From positions 13,764,001 through 13,828,000 of the forward strand of contig OZ024758.1 of NCBI GenBank assembly GCA_964016885.1: a stretch of 64,000 bases of DNA, written 5' to 3'. This stretch comes from Eledone cirrhosa (taxonomy: Eukaryota). The notes under the pieces are model-generated. The model was not told the DNA's origin and ran no database searches. It saw nothing but the letters and a program-made list of their open reading frames with translations. The first letter of the stretch is position 1, and each line of letters opens with the position of its first letter. The translations under genes and the position numbers were made by a program. Of this stretch, positions 38,720-52,566 are shown piece by piece.

Positions 38720-39104
38720 CCTCTCAAAGTCAATGACACACGACCGTGACTTCTGGCGTCACACAGTAATACAGGGTACCCGACCTCCCATGGGTACATG
38801 CTGAAGCATATAAACAATATGCCCCCCCCCCCACCGCAAGGTGGTCGTGGAGGTGCCACGGCAAAAAAGCACCCAGCCCACACTGTAAAGTGGACGTGTA
38901 GGCGCCACGAAAAAGCACCCAGCACTCACTGTAAATGAGGTTGGTGTTAGGAAGGGCATCCAGCTGTAGAAATCAAGCCAGATCAGTTCCTGTATGAGCA
39001 AGGCATGGTCAGCCGACCAGACACTGCCCACAACAGGACAACCCGTCTAACCCATGCTAGCGTGGAAGAACGGACGTAAAACGGTGATGATGATGATGAT
39101 GATG
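38720..39104 (+). mobile_element. RTE-tailed non-autonomous retroposon (family C)
   Basis: Near-identical to 44920-45302 and related to 41832-42177. Ends GGACGTAAAACGG(TGA)n. Confidence 0.8.
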
Positions 39105-39330
39105 AGTGTATCTGGATTTATGTTATCTCATATGTAATTTTTTAAATTTCATTTAATACAGCAGGGTCTTATCTGAGGGAGATTTGGCTGCAGTTTTTAA
39201 CAGGTCAAGTGATTATATTTGTATGAGAAGGGTATTTCTTGTCGGTGTTACTATTGAAGTATTACAGGTGCCCCCAAAGAATAAAGATCTACAAGTTAGG
39301 AATGTTTTAGTTGACAGGAAGCTGTGTTTG

Positions 39331-39605
39331 TGGAGGCACTTGGTCTAGTGGTAAGGGTGTTGGACCTATGATCATAATGTCGTGGGTTCGATTCCTGGGC
39401 TCGGTTCTGTGTTGTGATCGTGAAAAAAGACTTAATTTCACATTGCTCCAGAAGATGAGTACCATCAGCAATAGCTGGAGGTTTAACCCTGTGATGGACT
39501 GGCATCCTGTTGAGGGGGGACTCTTGTACTCTGTTTCACTCCACCGAAACCTGGGTAAGCACTGGCCTGATGATCCACCAAGCTCGAGACCGATTTTAGA
39601 CCTTT
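39331..39605 (+). mobile_element. tRNA-derived SINE with V-domain-like body
   Basis: A-box TGGTCTAGTGG, B-box GGTTCGATTCC, body CCTGTGATGGACTGGCATCCTGT. Confidence 0.7.
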
Positions 39606-40229
39606 TAGACATATATAAAGCAATGTATTAGAAACCATAAAGGTATTCTGAGAAACATGTTAACGCTTGTATACATTTATTCTATATTTCCATTTTATGT
39701 TGTATTGTACTTCGGTCCATTTGTAGATGGTTCCAGTAGCCTTTTACAGTTTAATTTCACTGATATCTTACAATCCACTTCCCCGCAAACCTGTGAACTT
39801 TTCTCAGAATAATTTAATGACAGAAATTTAAGGAAAATTTATCTCCATTTAACAGACATTTACGACAAGTTTTATGTTGTATTTTGTCTCTTTGTTCCAG
39901 TTGTAACAGTATTTATCAGTCTGAATAACACCACACTACTTTTGTCTAGTTGTAGCAACCTCTTCTAACTGAAAACAGCTGACCTTTATCATTTGACTAA
40001 TCTATCAATCACTGCTATTGGTCCGTTCATAATAGTTGTGAGACATTACTTTAAAATCTGTGTTTTGATTGGTCCATAATCACTTCTTTTGTGAAGAAGA
40101 CTATGGAATGTGAACTGTTGTTTGTTTTGTAGCTCAGAAGTTAAGAACACTGTCGTTAGACTGTGAAATTATATTTATTCTATTTCATTATAGTTTTTTT
40201 GGCAGTGTAATTGATATTATTTGATGATA

Positions 40230-40412
40230 GCGGTGGATTGGCAGTATCGGTAGAGGGTTGGGCACCATGCTTTGCAGCATAGTTACAGCCCTTTATGATC
40301 TGTGTTCAAATCTCGCCGCGGTTAACTTTGCCTTTCATCCTTATGGAGTCAATAAAATAAAGTACCAGTAATGCACTGGGTTAATTGCTAGCCTTGTGCC
40401 AAAAGTAGAAAC

Positions 40413-40490
<78 letters not shown>

Positions 40491-40640
40491 TTCGCAGCAT
40501 AGAGTTACAGCCTTTTACGTTCTGAGTTCAAATCCCACTGAGGTTAACTTTGCCTTTCATCCTTACAGGGGTCGATAAAATAAAGTACCAGTAATGCACA
40601 GGATTAATTACTGGCCTTGTGCCAAAAGTAGAAACAATTA
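40230..40640 (+). mobile_element. Two SINE-A copies separated by (TA)n
   Basis: Copies at 40230-40416 and 40488-40640. Confidence 0.85.
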
Positions 40641-41248
40641 TCATTTCGGCCCGTTGTGGCCAATGAATGAAACCATTATTTTTTTTTTTTTTTTTTTTTT
40701 TTTTTTAGTTATAAAGGCAATAAAAAAAACATGAGAAGATTGTAATCATCGATGCAGTATTTCTGTCTCAGTGGGAATTCTCAACTGAGACTTGACTTTC
40801 AGAAAAAGAAGAGTTCTAACATTTTTACACCATACTAAAGATCTTCAATGAGGCAGAAGGGATGCTTCTATGATTAAAAATCTTGTTATTTTTTAAAAAA
40901 TTGTTTTTGTTACTAAAACAATAATATGAAATAGCTTATGAAATTACAATAAATGACAATATCTGATATCTGTGACTAAACTGAAGAGGGATGAGAAACA
41001 TACAGTTTTGTATTTTGTTGTCTATTTTTTTCTCCTTAACCCTTTAGCATTTACAGTGTAAAAAGTTCCCAGTTCCACACTGTAAATGTGGTTGGTGTTA
41101 GGAAGGGCGTCCAGCCGTAGAAAACCTGCAAGATAGTCCTATATAAGCGAGACACGGTCATCCGACAAACTTTGCCTCAAGTGGGACAACTTCCGTCTAA
41201 CCCATGCTAGCGTGGAAGATGGACGTTAAACGAAGATGATGATGATGA

Positions 41249-41832
41249 TTACTCTATATATACTATTGTATTTTCACGGTAAAGGCTTTACCTCACATAA
41301 TACCTCACATAACATTTACATTACTCTATATATACTATTGTATTTTCATAGTAAAGGCTTTACCTCACATAATACCTCACATAACATTTACATTACTCTA
41401 TATATACTATTGTATTTTCATGGGAAAGGCTTTACCTCACATAATATCTCACATAACATTTACATTACTCTATATATACTATTGTATTTTCATGGGAAAG
41501 GCTTTACCTCACATAACATTTACATTACTCTATATATACTATTGTATTTTCACGGGAAAGGCTTTACCTCACATAATATCTCACATAACATTTACATTAC
41601 TCTATATATACTATTGTATTTTCATGGGAAAGGCTTTACCTCACATAATATCTCACATAGCATTTACATTACTCTATATATACTATTGTATTTTCACGGG
41701 AAAGGCTTTACCTCACATAATATCTCACATAACATTTACATTACTCTATATATACTATTGTATTTTCATGGGAAAGCCTTTACCTCACATAATATCTCAC
41801 ATAACATTTACATTACTCTATATATACTATTG
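41249..41832. repeat. 72 bp tandem array derived from the left arm of MITE P1, ~8 copies
   Basis: Unit ACATTTACATTACTCTATATATACTATTGTATTTTCA.GG.AAAGGCTTTACCTCACATAATATCTCACATA matches P1 internal sequence. Confidence 0.9.
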
Positions 41833-42337
41833 ACTTCTGGCGTCGCGCAGTAATACAGAAGACCCGACTTCCCACGAGTACAAGCTGAAGCATATAGACA
41901 ATATGCCCCCCACCCCCTCCCACTGTAAAGTGGTCATGGAGGTGCAATGGCTAAAAAGCACCCAGCCCACACTGTAAAGTGGTTGTGTAGGCGCCATGGA
42001 AAGAAAGCACCCAGCACTCACTGTAAATGAGGTTGGTGTTAGGAAGGGCATCCAGCTGTAGAAATCAAGCCAGAATCAGTTCCCGTAGGAGTCAGTCGAC
42101 CGGGCACTGCCCACAACAGGACAACCCGTCTAACCCATGCTAGTGTGGAAGAACGGACGTAAAACGGTGATGATGATTTTCACGGTAAAGGCTTTATCTC
42201 ACATAATATCGAATCTATCTTATTTTGATATTATTTATTTTGAGAACAATATCTTAACATCAGTATGAATGACCAGTTACAGCCAGTTTGAACAGAAAGA
42301 GGTGAGAGAATTCTGACCAGATTCCGGCCGGTTTAAA

Positions 42338-42554
42338 CCCTTTAGCATTTAAAGCTGCTGTCTCCAGCCAGAATTCCTTCACCTCTCTATGTTGAAACTG
42401 GCCATAACCGGCCACTCATACTGATGTTAAGGTATTGATCTCAAAATAAATGATATCAAACTCTTAGATATTAGATTCGATATTATGTGAGATAAAGCCT
42501 TTACCGTGAAAATACAATAGTATATACAGAGTAATGTAAATGCTAAAGGATTAA
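42338..42554. mobile_element. piggyBac-type MITE P1
   Basis: CCCTTTAGCATTT ... TAAATGCTAAAGGA-TTAA. Confidence 0.8.
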
Positions 42555-42874
42555 CAAAAATGTTAATGGACCATTTGAAATAAAGAATTTAGTATTGTGT
42601 GAATCTATTGAATGTTTTGGTTCCAAAATATAGAAAATTGTTTGGTTTCCAAAGAAAGTGAAAGCCTTTTGGCAAGATTTTGAATTTATATATATTTTTT
42701 TCCTTTCTAAAACTGAGTCAGTACAACATCTTAATGTCAAACTGTGCAGTTTTCTGAAACCAGCCTTAGATTTATTCACAAAGCCATAACTGTACAATAT
42801 TACACCTTTATCATCACCATCATCATCATCATCATCATGATCAGCACCATCAGCAGTAGCAGCAGCACCATCAC

Positions 42875-42909
<35 letters not shown>

Positions 42910-43481
42910 CTTTCAACCCCCCCCCCCCACCACCATCCTTACATTCATCTTCGCCATCTGTAATGACCATTACAATCCTCTGTTGTTAAAGGGAAGCATC
43001 ATCTATTACTCCTACCACCACCACCATCACCACCACTACTACCACCACCACTACTACCACTGCCACCACTACCATCACCACCTTTTGTCATGACCACCAC
43101 CACCACCACTACCACCACCACTACCACCGCCACCGCCACAACCATCACCGCCACTACCACTACCGTCACTACCACCGCCACCACCACTACCACCGCCACT
43201 GACACCACCACTACCACCTCCACCACTACCACCACCTATCATATTCCACATCTCCATTTACTACCATCTCCTATTACCATCACCACCATCTCCACATACC
43301 ACCACCAACCAGTACCACCACCACCACCACCACCACCACCACCAACCAGTACCACCACCACCAACCAGTACCACCACCACCACCACCACCACCACCACCT
43401 GCACCACCACTACTACCACTACTACTACTATGTTAAATTGAGGAAATGTATGATCTGGAATTCAACCAGATGGAACTAATG

Positions 43482-44023
43482 AACTATAACCACATAGTGT
43501 AGTAAGACATCTTCCATTATCCTACTAACTATAACCACATAGTGTAGTAAGACATCTTCCATTATCCTACTAACTATAACCACATAGTGTAGTAAGACAT
43601 CTTCCATTATCCTACTAACTATAACCACATAGTGTAGTAAGACATCTTCCATTATCCTACTAACTATAACCACATAGTGTAGTAAGACATCTTCCATTAT
43701 CCTACTAACTATAACCACATAGTGTAGTAAGACATCTTCCATTATCCTACTAACTATAACCACATAGTGTAGTAAGACATCTTCCATTATCCTACTAACT
43801 ATAACCACATAGTGTAGTAAGACATCTTCCATTATCCTACTAACTATAACCACATAGTGTAGTAAGACATCTTCCATTATCCTACTAACTATAACCACAT
43901 AGTGTAGTAAGACATCTTCCATTATCCTACTAACTATAACCACATAGTGTAGTAAGACATCTTCCATTATCCTACTAACTATAACCACATAGTGTAGTAA
44001 GACATCTTCCATTATCCTACTAA
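43482..44023. repeat. 45 bp minisatellite, 12 apparently identical copies
   Basis: Unit AACTATAACCACATAGTGTAGTAAGACATCTTCCATTATCCTACT. Confidence 0.98.
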
Positions 44024-44096
44024 CAACAATTTTACATCTCACTTATATTGTCTATGTGCTTGTTGCTTTTTCTTTTTAGTATATTCAATAAGCACC

Positions 44097-44128
<32 letters not shown>

Positions 44129-44212
44129 CATGCATGCATGCATGCATGCATGCATGTATGTATGTATGTATGTATGTATGTATGTATGTATACACACACA
44201 CATATATACATC

Positions 44213-44277
<65 letters not shown>

Positions 44278-44301
44278 ACATATATATATAAATATATATG
44301 C

Positions 44302-44337
<36 letters not shown>

Positions 44338-44568
44338 GCCCACATATACATATATAAATGTTTATACACACACACACACACATATATATTCATACACGCA
44401 CACACATATATAAATTTTTATACATTCACACACACACATATATAAACCCATGCAAGCGTGGAACACGGACGCTAAACCTGATGATGACGATGATGATGAT
44501 ACATACATGCGTGCGCACACATAAACACACACACACATATATATACATACATGCGTGCGCACACATAA

Positions 44569-44599
<31 letters not shown>

Positions 44600-44708
44600 C
44601 ATACATGCGTGCGCACACATACATACATACACACACACACATATATATACATACATGCGTGCGCACACATACATACACACACACACAACCATATTTCATA
44701 TCATATAT

Positions 44709-44744
<36 letters not shown>

Positions 44745-44886
44745 GTGCGCACGCATGTATGTATATATATGCGTGTGTGAATGTATAAAAGAATATACAT
44801 ACATACCCATATTTCATATCATATATGTGTGTGTGTGTATGTATGTATATTCTTTTATACATTCATACATGCGTGCGCACACATAA

Positions 44887-44919
<33 letters not shown>

Positions 44920-45302
44920 CCTCTCAAAGACAATGACACACGACCGTGACTTCTGGCGTCACGCAGTAATACAGGGTACCCGACCTCCCATGGGTACATG
45001 CTGAAGCATATAAACAATATGCCCCCACTCCCCCCACCGCAAGGTGGTCGTGGAGGTGCCACAGCAAAAAAGCACCCAGCCCACACTGGAAAGTGGACGT
45101 GTAGGCGCCACGAAAAAGCACCCAGCACTCACTGTAAATGAGGTTGGTGTTAGGAAGGGCATCCAGCTGTAGAAATCAAGCCAGATCAGTTCCTGTATGA
45201 GCAAGGCATGGTCAGCCGACCAGACACTGCCCACAACAGGACAACCCGTCTAACCCATGCTAGCGTGGAAGAACGGACGTAAAACGGTGATGATGATGAT
45301 GA
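44920..45302 (+). mobile_element. RTE-tailed retroposon family C
   Basis: Near-identical to 38720-39104. Confidence 0.8.
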
Positions 45303-45512
45303 TTGATGATATGAAATATGTGTATGTATATTCTTTTATACATACAGCCTTTCTGTATATGAGATGTGGAAGAGGTTTATTCATAGCTGAATTCAGCCCA
45401 ATATGCCATCATACACAAGTGTTGGTATGTTTATATCTATGGAGTAGAATTAGATAAATAAAAATACGTCTTCAGATTGCTGCCACTTCCATATGTTCTA
45501 ACATAAATAAAT

Positions 45513-45701
45513 AATTGTTTCTACGTTAGGCACAATGCCAGCAATTACCCAGTGTATTACTGGTACTTTATTTTATCGACCCCGTAAGGATGAAAGGCAA
45601 AGTTAACCTCGGCGGGATTTGAACTCGGAATGGCAAGGGCCGTAACTCTATGCGTCAAAGCATGGCGTCCGACACTCTACCAATACTGCCAATCCACCGC
45701 C
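45513..45701 (-). mobile_element. SINE-A
   Basis: Reverse complement of the family consensus. Confidence 0.85.
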
Positions 45702-45873
45702 TAACACAAATAAATAATAGCTATGTTGAGGTATTCATTAGTTCTTGGACAAGTGGCAGGTGGAATTTAATGCCTTTATCAAGTGAAAGGCATCAGGTAC
45801 ATATTTGAAGGGAAATAGGTTCATTGTGGAATTGAAACCACATTGCAGAGTTGATCTGTCAGTAGCTTTAACT

Positions 45874-46091
45874 CAGGCATGTCAAACATGCGGCCTGCAT
45901 GCGGCGCTTTACAAGCACACCTGCGGCCCACACAAAGGTTTTTATAGCGCGAGCATGTTTTACCTTTGTAATATAAATAAAAAATTAAAAAATAGTTGTA
46001 ATGAGTGCAATTAGCTGTCGTCTGTGTGGCCCTCGGACAACACATATGTGACCTTTCTGGTCCTCGGGAGACCCTCAGTTTGACATGACTG
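45874..46091. mobile_element. hAT-type MITE
   Basis: TIRs CAGGCATGTCAAAC / GTTTGACATGACTG; 8 bp flanks CTTTAACT / GCTTAACT. Confidence 0.8.
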
Positions 46092-46413
46092 GCTTAACTC
46101 ATAATGTATGACTACACTTGTTAGATATCAGATATCATCACCCTCCTCTGCCTACTCCTCCTCCTCTTCAGTGTTTTGGAGAAAGTGGTTATTTATTATT
46201 GTCTCTATCACCTTTGAGAAGAAATGAGAACAGTAGGTTAATAGTAGGCAAGGCCAGAGAGGTTGCCCTTCTTGGGAACGACACCCGGTAATGTAGGTAC
46301 TTCCACAGATCATTCATTATATATCTCAGTAGAAAGACAGTTTTGGATGTAAAGCAACTATCCTGATATTTCAGCTAGAAACTGTTTTTTTTTTCAAGGG
46401 TTCTTTTATAATA

Positions 46414-46585
46414 TACCGTATTTCCCGGCATCAAAGACTCTATTTTTTTCATAAAATAAGTCTCAAAAATCTACCATGCGTCTTGGAGGCCAAAGGTTGT
46501 TTAATATTTTTTTTCAAATTTTTGGTTGTCAAAATTAGGGTGTGTCCTCGAGGATAAAGCGTCTTCAGCGCTGGGAAATATGGTA
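46414..46585. mobile_element. Tc1/mariner(pogo)-type MITE, same family as 2441-2630
   Basis: TA-CCGTATTTCCC ... GGGAAATATGG-TA. Confidence 0.8.
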
Positions 46586-47649
46586 CATAAATTGATATGA
46601 TAAAGAAAAGGCTTTTTTTTCCTCCTCAAAGACAAAATTCGGTATATGTATATATCAGAAATTGAACTTGTTGCTTGCAAACCACAACTTAAGCATTTTA
46701 AACCCTGGCTACTACAAGTCTGTTTGTATATAAGCTAAGATCGTGAAAACAAACAGAATAAAACAAGATAAAACAAGACTTCTGTATCTGCATTTACATT
46801 TGGCAAGAAGCTCTTTAGTGAAAATTCTTCTTCTAAATAAATTCCCTCCCTCTGCTGTTATTCCTCTTCCTTATATATTTAATATTTGTCTGTTCTTGTT
46901 TGAATAACTCTGTAGGATTTCTGCTCCACTAATACAACTATTGATGCCGTTTTCACATATTTCTTTGTGGCTAATTTTAGTGGGTTTTCGTTATCGTTGC
47001 CGACTAAGTTAATCGCTGAGACTGAATATGATTTGGTGCTAATTAGATAGGGGCTTTTTTTTGTCTATTATATGAACCCACAGCTGCCATTTGATTCATT
47101 TGCACTGAGCTTTGTTTAGTTGGAAGGGAAGGAGTCATATGTCGTTATAGAAATCTCCATATTTACTCAAACAGCTTATTTCCTTTTTCCATCTGGCTAT
47201 TGGATTAGTATCTAATTTCTCTTGTCATCAGAAGAGCTTTACCTGGTGCCAATAATAGGAGTTGTTTAAGGGTGGAGAAGTTCTTTTATTTTTGTTCCGT
47301 TTTCACAGCTTGCTGCTAATGTTACAAACTACTTTTCTGATACACTAAGCTATCATGGAGATTTGAGCTGACTCCACAAATATCCCAGTTCGTGCTGTTG
47401 GCAAGTAAAATTTAGCTATTAATTTTCCAAAGTTTATCGCTAGACGAATGGGGAAATAATTAGAGTATTTTGACTTTCTCCTTTCTAAATAGCAATATTA
47501 TATCTATGTTGCTTCTTTCTTTTTCTTCTTTTCTTTGTTATTTTCTTCTTGTACTATGGGAATATCTGTGCACAGAAATGTAGAATATTTTTTACAATTT
47601 CGGGCAAGTTATTTAGATCACTAATGCCTTGTGTGAAAGGCAGCAGCAT

Positions 47650-48535
47650 TACAAGGTCCAACCATCATCATCATCTCCAATCATCTCCAATCATCATCAT
47701 CGTTGTTTTTACATCCGTTTTTCCATGCTTGCATGGGTTGGACGGATCCTCTTTAACACATGATGCCCTTTGAGAAAGACAACACTATCGTAAGGTCCAA
47801 TCCCCCATATCATCACCATCATCACAACCACCACCACCACCACCACCATGATCATCACCATGATCATCACCATCATCATCATTATCATCACCACCACCAT
47901 CATCACCATCACCATCATCATCACCATCATTGTTTTTACGTCCGTTTTTACATGCTTGCATGGGTTGGACGGATCCTCTTTAACACATGATGCCCTTTGA
48001 GAAAGACAACACTATCGTAAGGTCCAATCCCCATATCATCACCATCATCACAACCACCACCACCATGATCATCACCATCATCATCATCATCATCATCATT
48101 ATCATCACCACCACCATCATCACCATCACCATCACCATCATTGTTTTTACGTCCGTTTTTATATGCTTGCATGGGTTGGACGGATCCTCTTTAACACATG
48201 ATGCCCTTTGAGAAAGACAACACTATCGTAAGGTCCAATCCCCCATATCATCACCATCATCACAACCACCACCACCACCACCACCATGATCATCACCATC
48301 ATCATCACCATCATCATCATTATCATCACCACCACCATCATCACCATCATCATCACCATCATTGTTTTTACGTCCGTTTTTACATGCTTGCATGGGTTGG
48401 ACGGATCCTCTTTAACACATAATGCCCTTTTAGAAAGACAACACTGTCACACGGTCCAATATCCATATCGCATCATCAACATCATCATCACTGTTTTTAT
48501 GTCCATTTTTCCATGCTTGCATTAGACAGATCCTT
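47650..48535. repeat. ~210-230 bp tandem array built from an inverted RTE-type tail plus (CAT/CAC)n
   Basis: TTGTTTTTACRTCCGTTTTT.CATGCTTGCATGGGTTGGACGGATCC... at ~47702, 47930, 48141 and 48362. Confidence 0.9.
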
Positions 48536-48633
48536 TTTGGCACAGCATCTCCCCACACACTGTGACCCCTTTTAGTACATATGTTATCCTTGGAAAACAC
48601 TAGTTACACTTGTAATTGATATTATTTGATGAT

Positions 48634-48822
48634 AGCGGTGGATTGGCAGTATCGGTAGAGGGTCGGACGCCATGCTTTGACGCATTGAGTTACAGCCCTT
48701 GCCATTCTGAGTTCAAATGCCGCCGAAGTTAACTTTGCCTTTCATCCTTACAGGGTCGATAAAATAAAGTACCAGTAATACACTGGGTAATTGCTGGCCT
48801 TGTGCGAAAAGTAGAAACAATT
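48634..48822 (+). mobile_element. SINE-A with target-site duplication
   Basis: TTATTTGATGATAGC occurs before the head (~48622) and after the tail (~48821). Confidence 0.85.
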
Positions 48823-49179
48823 ATTTGATGATAGCAGATCTTAAATGAAAGTTGCAACAGTAATAGTCTTACAGAAAACATGAACTACTATATCACATTT
48901 TACCATCTCTCTAGTTGTATATATAGAATTATAGTTATCAAGTCACTTATTAAGCTGTCATTGTTACTATATTGATTTTCTAATGGACATTACAAGGCCA
49001 AATGATTCTTATGAGGGGTGGGTTGGGGTATATTCCGGTTATATTGACCCAGTACTTGATGTTTGCTTATTTAATTGACTCTGAAAGAGATAGTTCAGCA
49101 TAAAATAACTCAACTAAATAATACTGCATTGTATTTTTTTTCCCCATTGTTCTCCATAATTCTCTCAATTGACCTCAAT

Positions 49180-49655
49180 TGCAATTAGTTCTATATTTAA
49201 TTTACACTTTTAGTATCAAATTCCAACTAGACTGGTGAACTTACTAGAGTTTGAAATCATGAGCTGTGAGACAATAGGTCTATAAATTAGTTCAATATTT
49301 ACTGGTGAACTTGCTAGGGTTTGAACTCATGACGTGTGAGTCAATAGGTTTATAAATAAGTTCTATACTAACTTTACACCTATAGTATCCAATTTCAGCT
49401 AAGCTGGTGACCCTGCTAGGGTTTGAACCCCTGGCCTGTGAGACAATAAGTCTATAAATTAGTTCTATATTTACTTTACACTTTCAGTATCCAATCCATC
49501 TAGGCCAGCACCACTGCTAGGGTTTGAATCCCTGGCCTGTGAGACAATAAGTCTATAAATTAGTTCTATATTTACTTTACACTTTCAGTATCCAATCCAT
49601 CTAGGCCAGCACCACTACTAGGGTTTGAACTAATGGCCCGTGAGACAATAAATAG
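49180..49655. repeat. Imperfect ~100 bp tandem repeats with B-box-like motif on the minus strand
   Basis: CTAGGGTTTGAA.CCCTGGCCTGTGAGACAATAAGTCTATAAATTAG repeated about five times. Confidence 0.75.
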
Positions 49656-51747
49656 ACAACTTAACTATTGGAATTCTTTCCATTAATAAATATAACCAAG
49701 AACATAATTCTAATAGAATTTCTTCCATTTGCTATTTTGTTGTGAAACTCTTATCTTGATATAATCCTCCTCTCCTTGATATATTCTGTTTAAAAGATTA
49801 ATGGATTTAACAACAAGCTTAGACTAAATTTCATTTTTGATCTTCTGGAATATTTCTGCTACATTACCATTTAAAATGTTCTTATCCAGTCTCAATTGCC
49901 TATTGATTACATTAGTATATAATGGTAAAGCTTTTGATTAAGCAGTGACCATTCCACTGTAGACTATGCCATTAAGTGGTCTCTGTATTTGTTTAGTTGT
50001 CTACTTAGCATTAGGAAATCACCGAAATTTCGAAACATTGAATCAATGTAGATAGAAGATTGAAATTTTAAATTCCTGCTTGTTGTAAAGACCTGTTTTT
50101 ATTTGATCTTTGCCACCACTGCTGCCACTGCTGCCACTGCTGCTGCTTGGTTTCTGAGATTCGAGTAGAACTAGAGTATATCTGTATGGCAGTATTGTGT
50201 GTGTGTGTGCATACTGTATGTTGTGTGTGTCTGTGTTATATATGTGTGTATGTATGTGTGTGTATGTATGAGTGTCTGTCTGCTCTGTAATTTATACTTT
50301 ACAGCCATTACTATGTAGTGAGTTGTTAGAAGTTTAAACAGTTTTAGATTCCCAGTGTCTCATAAATGGAACTTGTAAAGATATAAACAAAATAGGCTTC
50401 TATTATGTTGTTGTTGATGTTGTTCATGTTGTTGTTGAGCTGTCCTATTCATCTATGCTTCGGCATTTTAAGCCTGGCAGTCTATCCTATCCCTCTCCAG
50501 GCCTGAGTAGAGCAGATGTTGTCCAGAGAGAAGAAGAATCGACCCCAGTACTAAACTGGTACATTTTTTTATCAACTTCGAAAGGATGAGAGACAAAGTT
50601 GACCTCGGCGGGATTTGAACTCAGAGAGCAGAAAACCGGAACAAATACCATAAAGTATTCTATCCGACGTTCTGATGACTGCCAATTCATTGCCTTATCA
50701 AAAATATTACAAGTTTGTCCTCAGAAAAATACTGATAATTTGTGAAAAAGTTAGATTCTTATCAGAACATCAAAACCTAACTGAATCTAGTCAAGGTTAT
50801 TTTCAGAATTACATTAGTCAGCTCATTTTAATACATTTGATAAAATTGAAACTAAAAGTCAAAGTGCACGAGACTTATAAATGTCAAGCAACAATCTGAA
50901 CACTGCATGAAAGCATTAGATTGTCTTCAATGTGGAGATCCCAGGCATAATATAATACTTGCATAGAATTGGTCCAGCAGTTGGTAATGATTATAAAGGA
51001 AACAATTGTAAGAATGATCTGGATATCTGACTGTCACGTGTTGATAAAAAACAAGTAAAATCTATCTTAGCTGCCATAAATTGGATTAGAAATGTTGTGT
51101 TTGTAACTATATCCATTTACCATTAGAGTCTTGGTTTTTAAGAAACTTTTATTAATTGTCGGGAAAAAAGCAGGGAAATGAAAAGGGAAAATTGTGTTTA
51201 CGAAATTGGCATAAAATGATTACAATGATCAATGTGAGACAATAATGTTACTGGTAGAATGTAAATTGGCACCAACAGTCAGGTAACTCTAATACCTTAG
51301 TTTTTTGGGGTGTTTTTTTTTAAATTTATTTGAATAAACGAAAATCGAGATTTCAAACTAAAATAATTTGATGGAACATTCATTGAAATTTTTGGGGAAA
51401 TATATGCCACATTGATGGAAATTGATAAGGGAATGGATGCTGTGAATGTCATTGTTGGTGAATTTAAAGAAAATTGTGTTGACATGATGGCATGATTAAT
51501 ATTGATTATTAAACATTAATTCATGAAATTGAAGCTACAGGATAATTTTGAAAATTAAGTGGATTTACAATTAACTTTCTTCTCAAAAGAAATATCAGAC
51601 CACATTATTTTGAAGTGAGATCATTATCAATACACATTAAACCATTAATCATAACGAAGCTGAGAAGACTAATTAATGCAGTTCTTGTAATTGTTGCTCT
51701 CTAATGGTAATAAACGAACCTCTTCTGTGGTTCTGTTAAGAGATGAT

Positions 51748-52564
51748 GATCTTGGGATATGTGGATAGGCCTGGTTACACCCATGTGTAAATAAAGGATT
51801 TCTTCAGATTCTTTAACCCTTTGATCTTGAGACATATGGATGGGCCTGGTTACACCCATGTGTAAATAAAGGATTTCTTCAGATTCTTTAACCCTTTGAT
51901 CTTGGGACATATGGATGGGCCTGGTTACACCCATGTGTAAATAAAGGATTTCTTCAGATTCTTTAACCCTTTGATCTTGGGACATATGGATGGGCCTGGT
52001 TACACCCATGTGTAAATAAAGGATTTCTTCAGATTCTTTAACCCTTTGATCTTGGGACGTATGGATGGGCCTGGTTACACCCATGTGTAAATAAAGGATT
52101 TCTTCAGATTCTTTAACCCTTTGATCTTGGGACATATGGATGGGCCTGGTTACACCCATGTGTAAATAAAGGATTTCTTCAGATTCTTTAACCCTTTGAT
52201 CTTGGGACATATGGATGGGCCTGGTTACACCCATGTGTAAATAAAGGATTTCTTCAGATTCTTTAACCCTTTGATCTTGGGACGTATGGATGGGCCTGGT
52301 TACACCCATGTGTAAATAAAGGATTTCTTCAGATTCTTTAACCCTTTGATCTTGGGACATATGGATGGGCCTGGTTACACCCATGTGTAAATAAAGGATT
52401 TCTTCAGATTCTTTAACCCTTTGATCTTGGGACGTATGGATGGGCCTGGTTACACCCATGTGTAAATAAAGGATTTCTTCAGATTCTTTAACCCTTTGAT
52501 CTTGGGATATATGGATAGGCCTGGTTACACCCATGTGTAAATAAAGGATTTCTTCAGATTCTTT
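51748..52564. repeat. 75 bp minisatellite, ~11 copies
   Basis: Unit GATCTTGGGACATATGGATGGGCCTGGTTACACCCATGTGTAAATAAAGGATTTCTTCAGATTCTTTAACCCTTT. Confidence 0.98.
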
Positions 52565-52566
52565 AG

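Noticed and set aside
39565-39592. CTGATGATCC...CGAGAC as a hammerhead
   Set aside because: Stem II does not pair and GAAA is absent; it is part of a SINE tail.
43476-44042. Repeat-protein ORFs or CRISPR-like arrays (also 10468, 31855, 41236, 51701, 53408)
   Set aside because: Head-to-tail minisatellites without unique spacers and with no cas genes. The open frames result from stop-free repeat units.
47760-48422. Poly-His ORFs
   Set aside because: (CAT/CAC)n tails of tandemly amplified retroposon ends.
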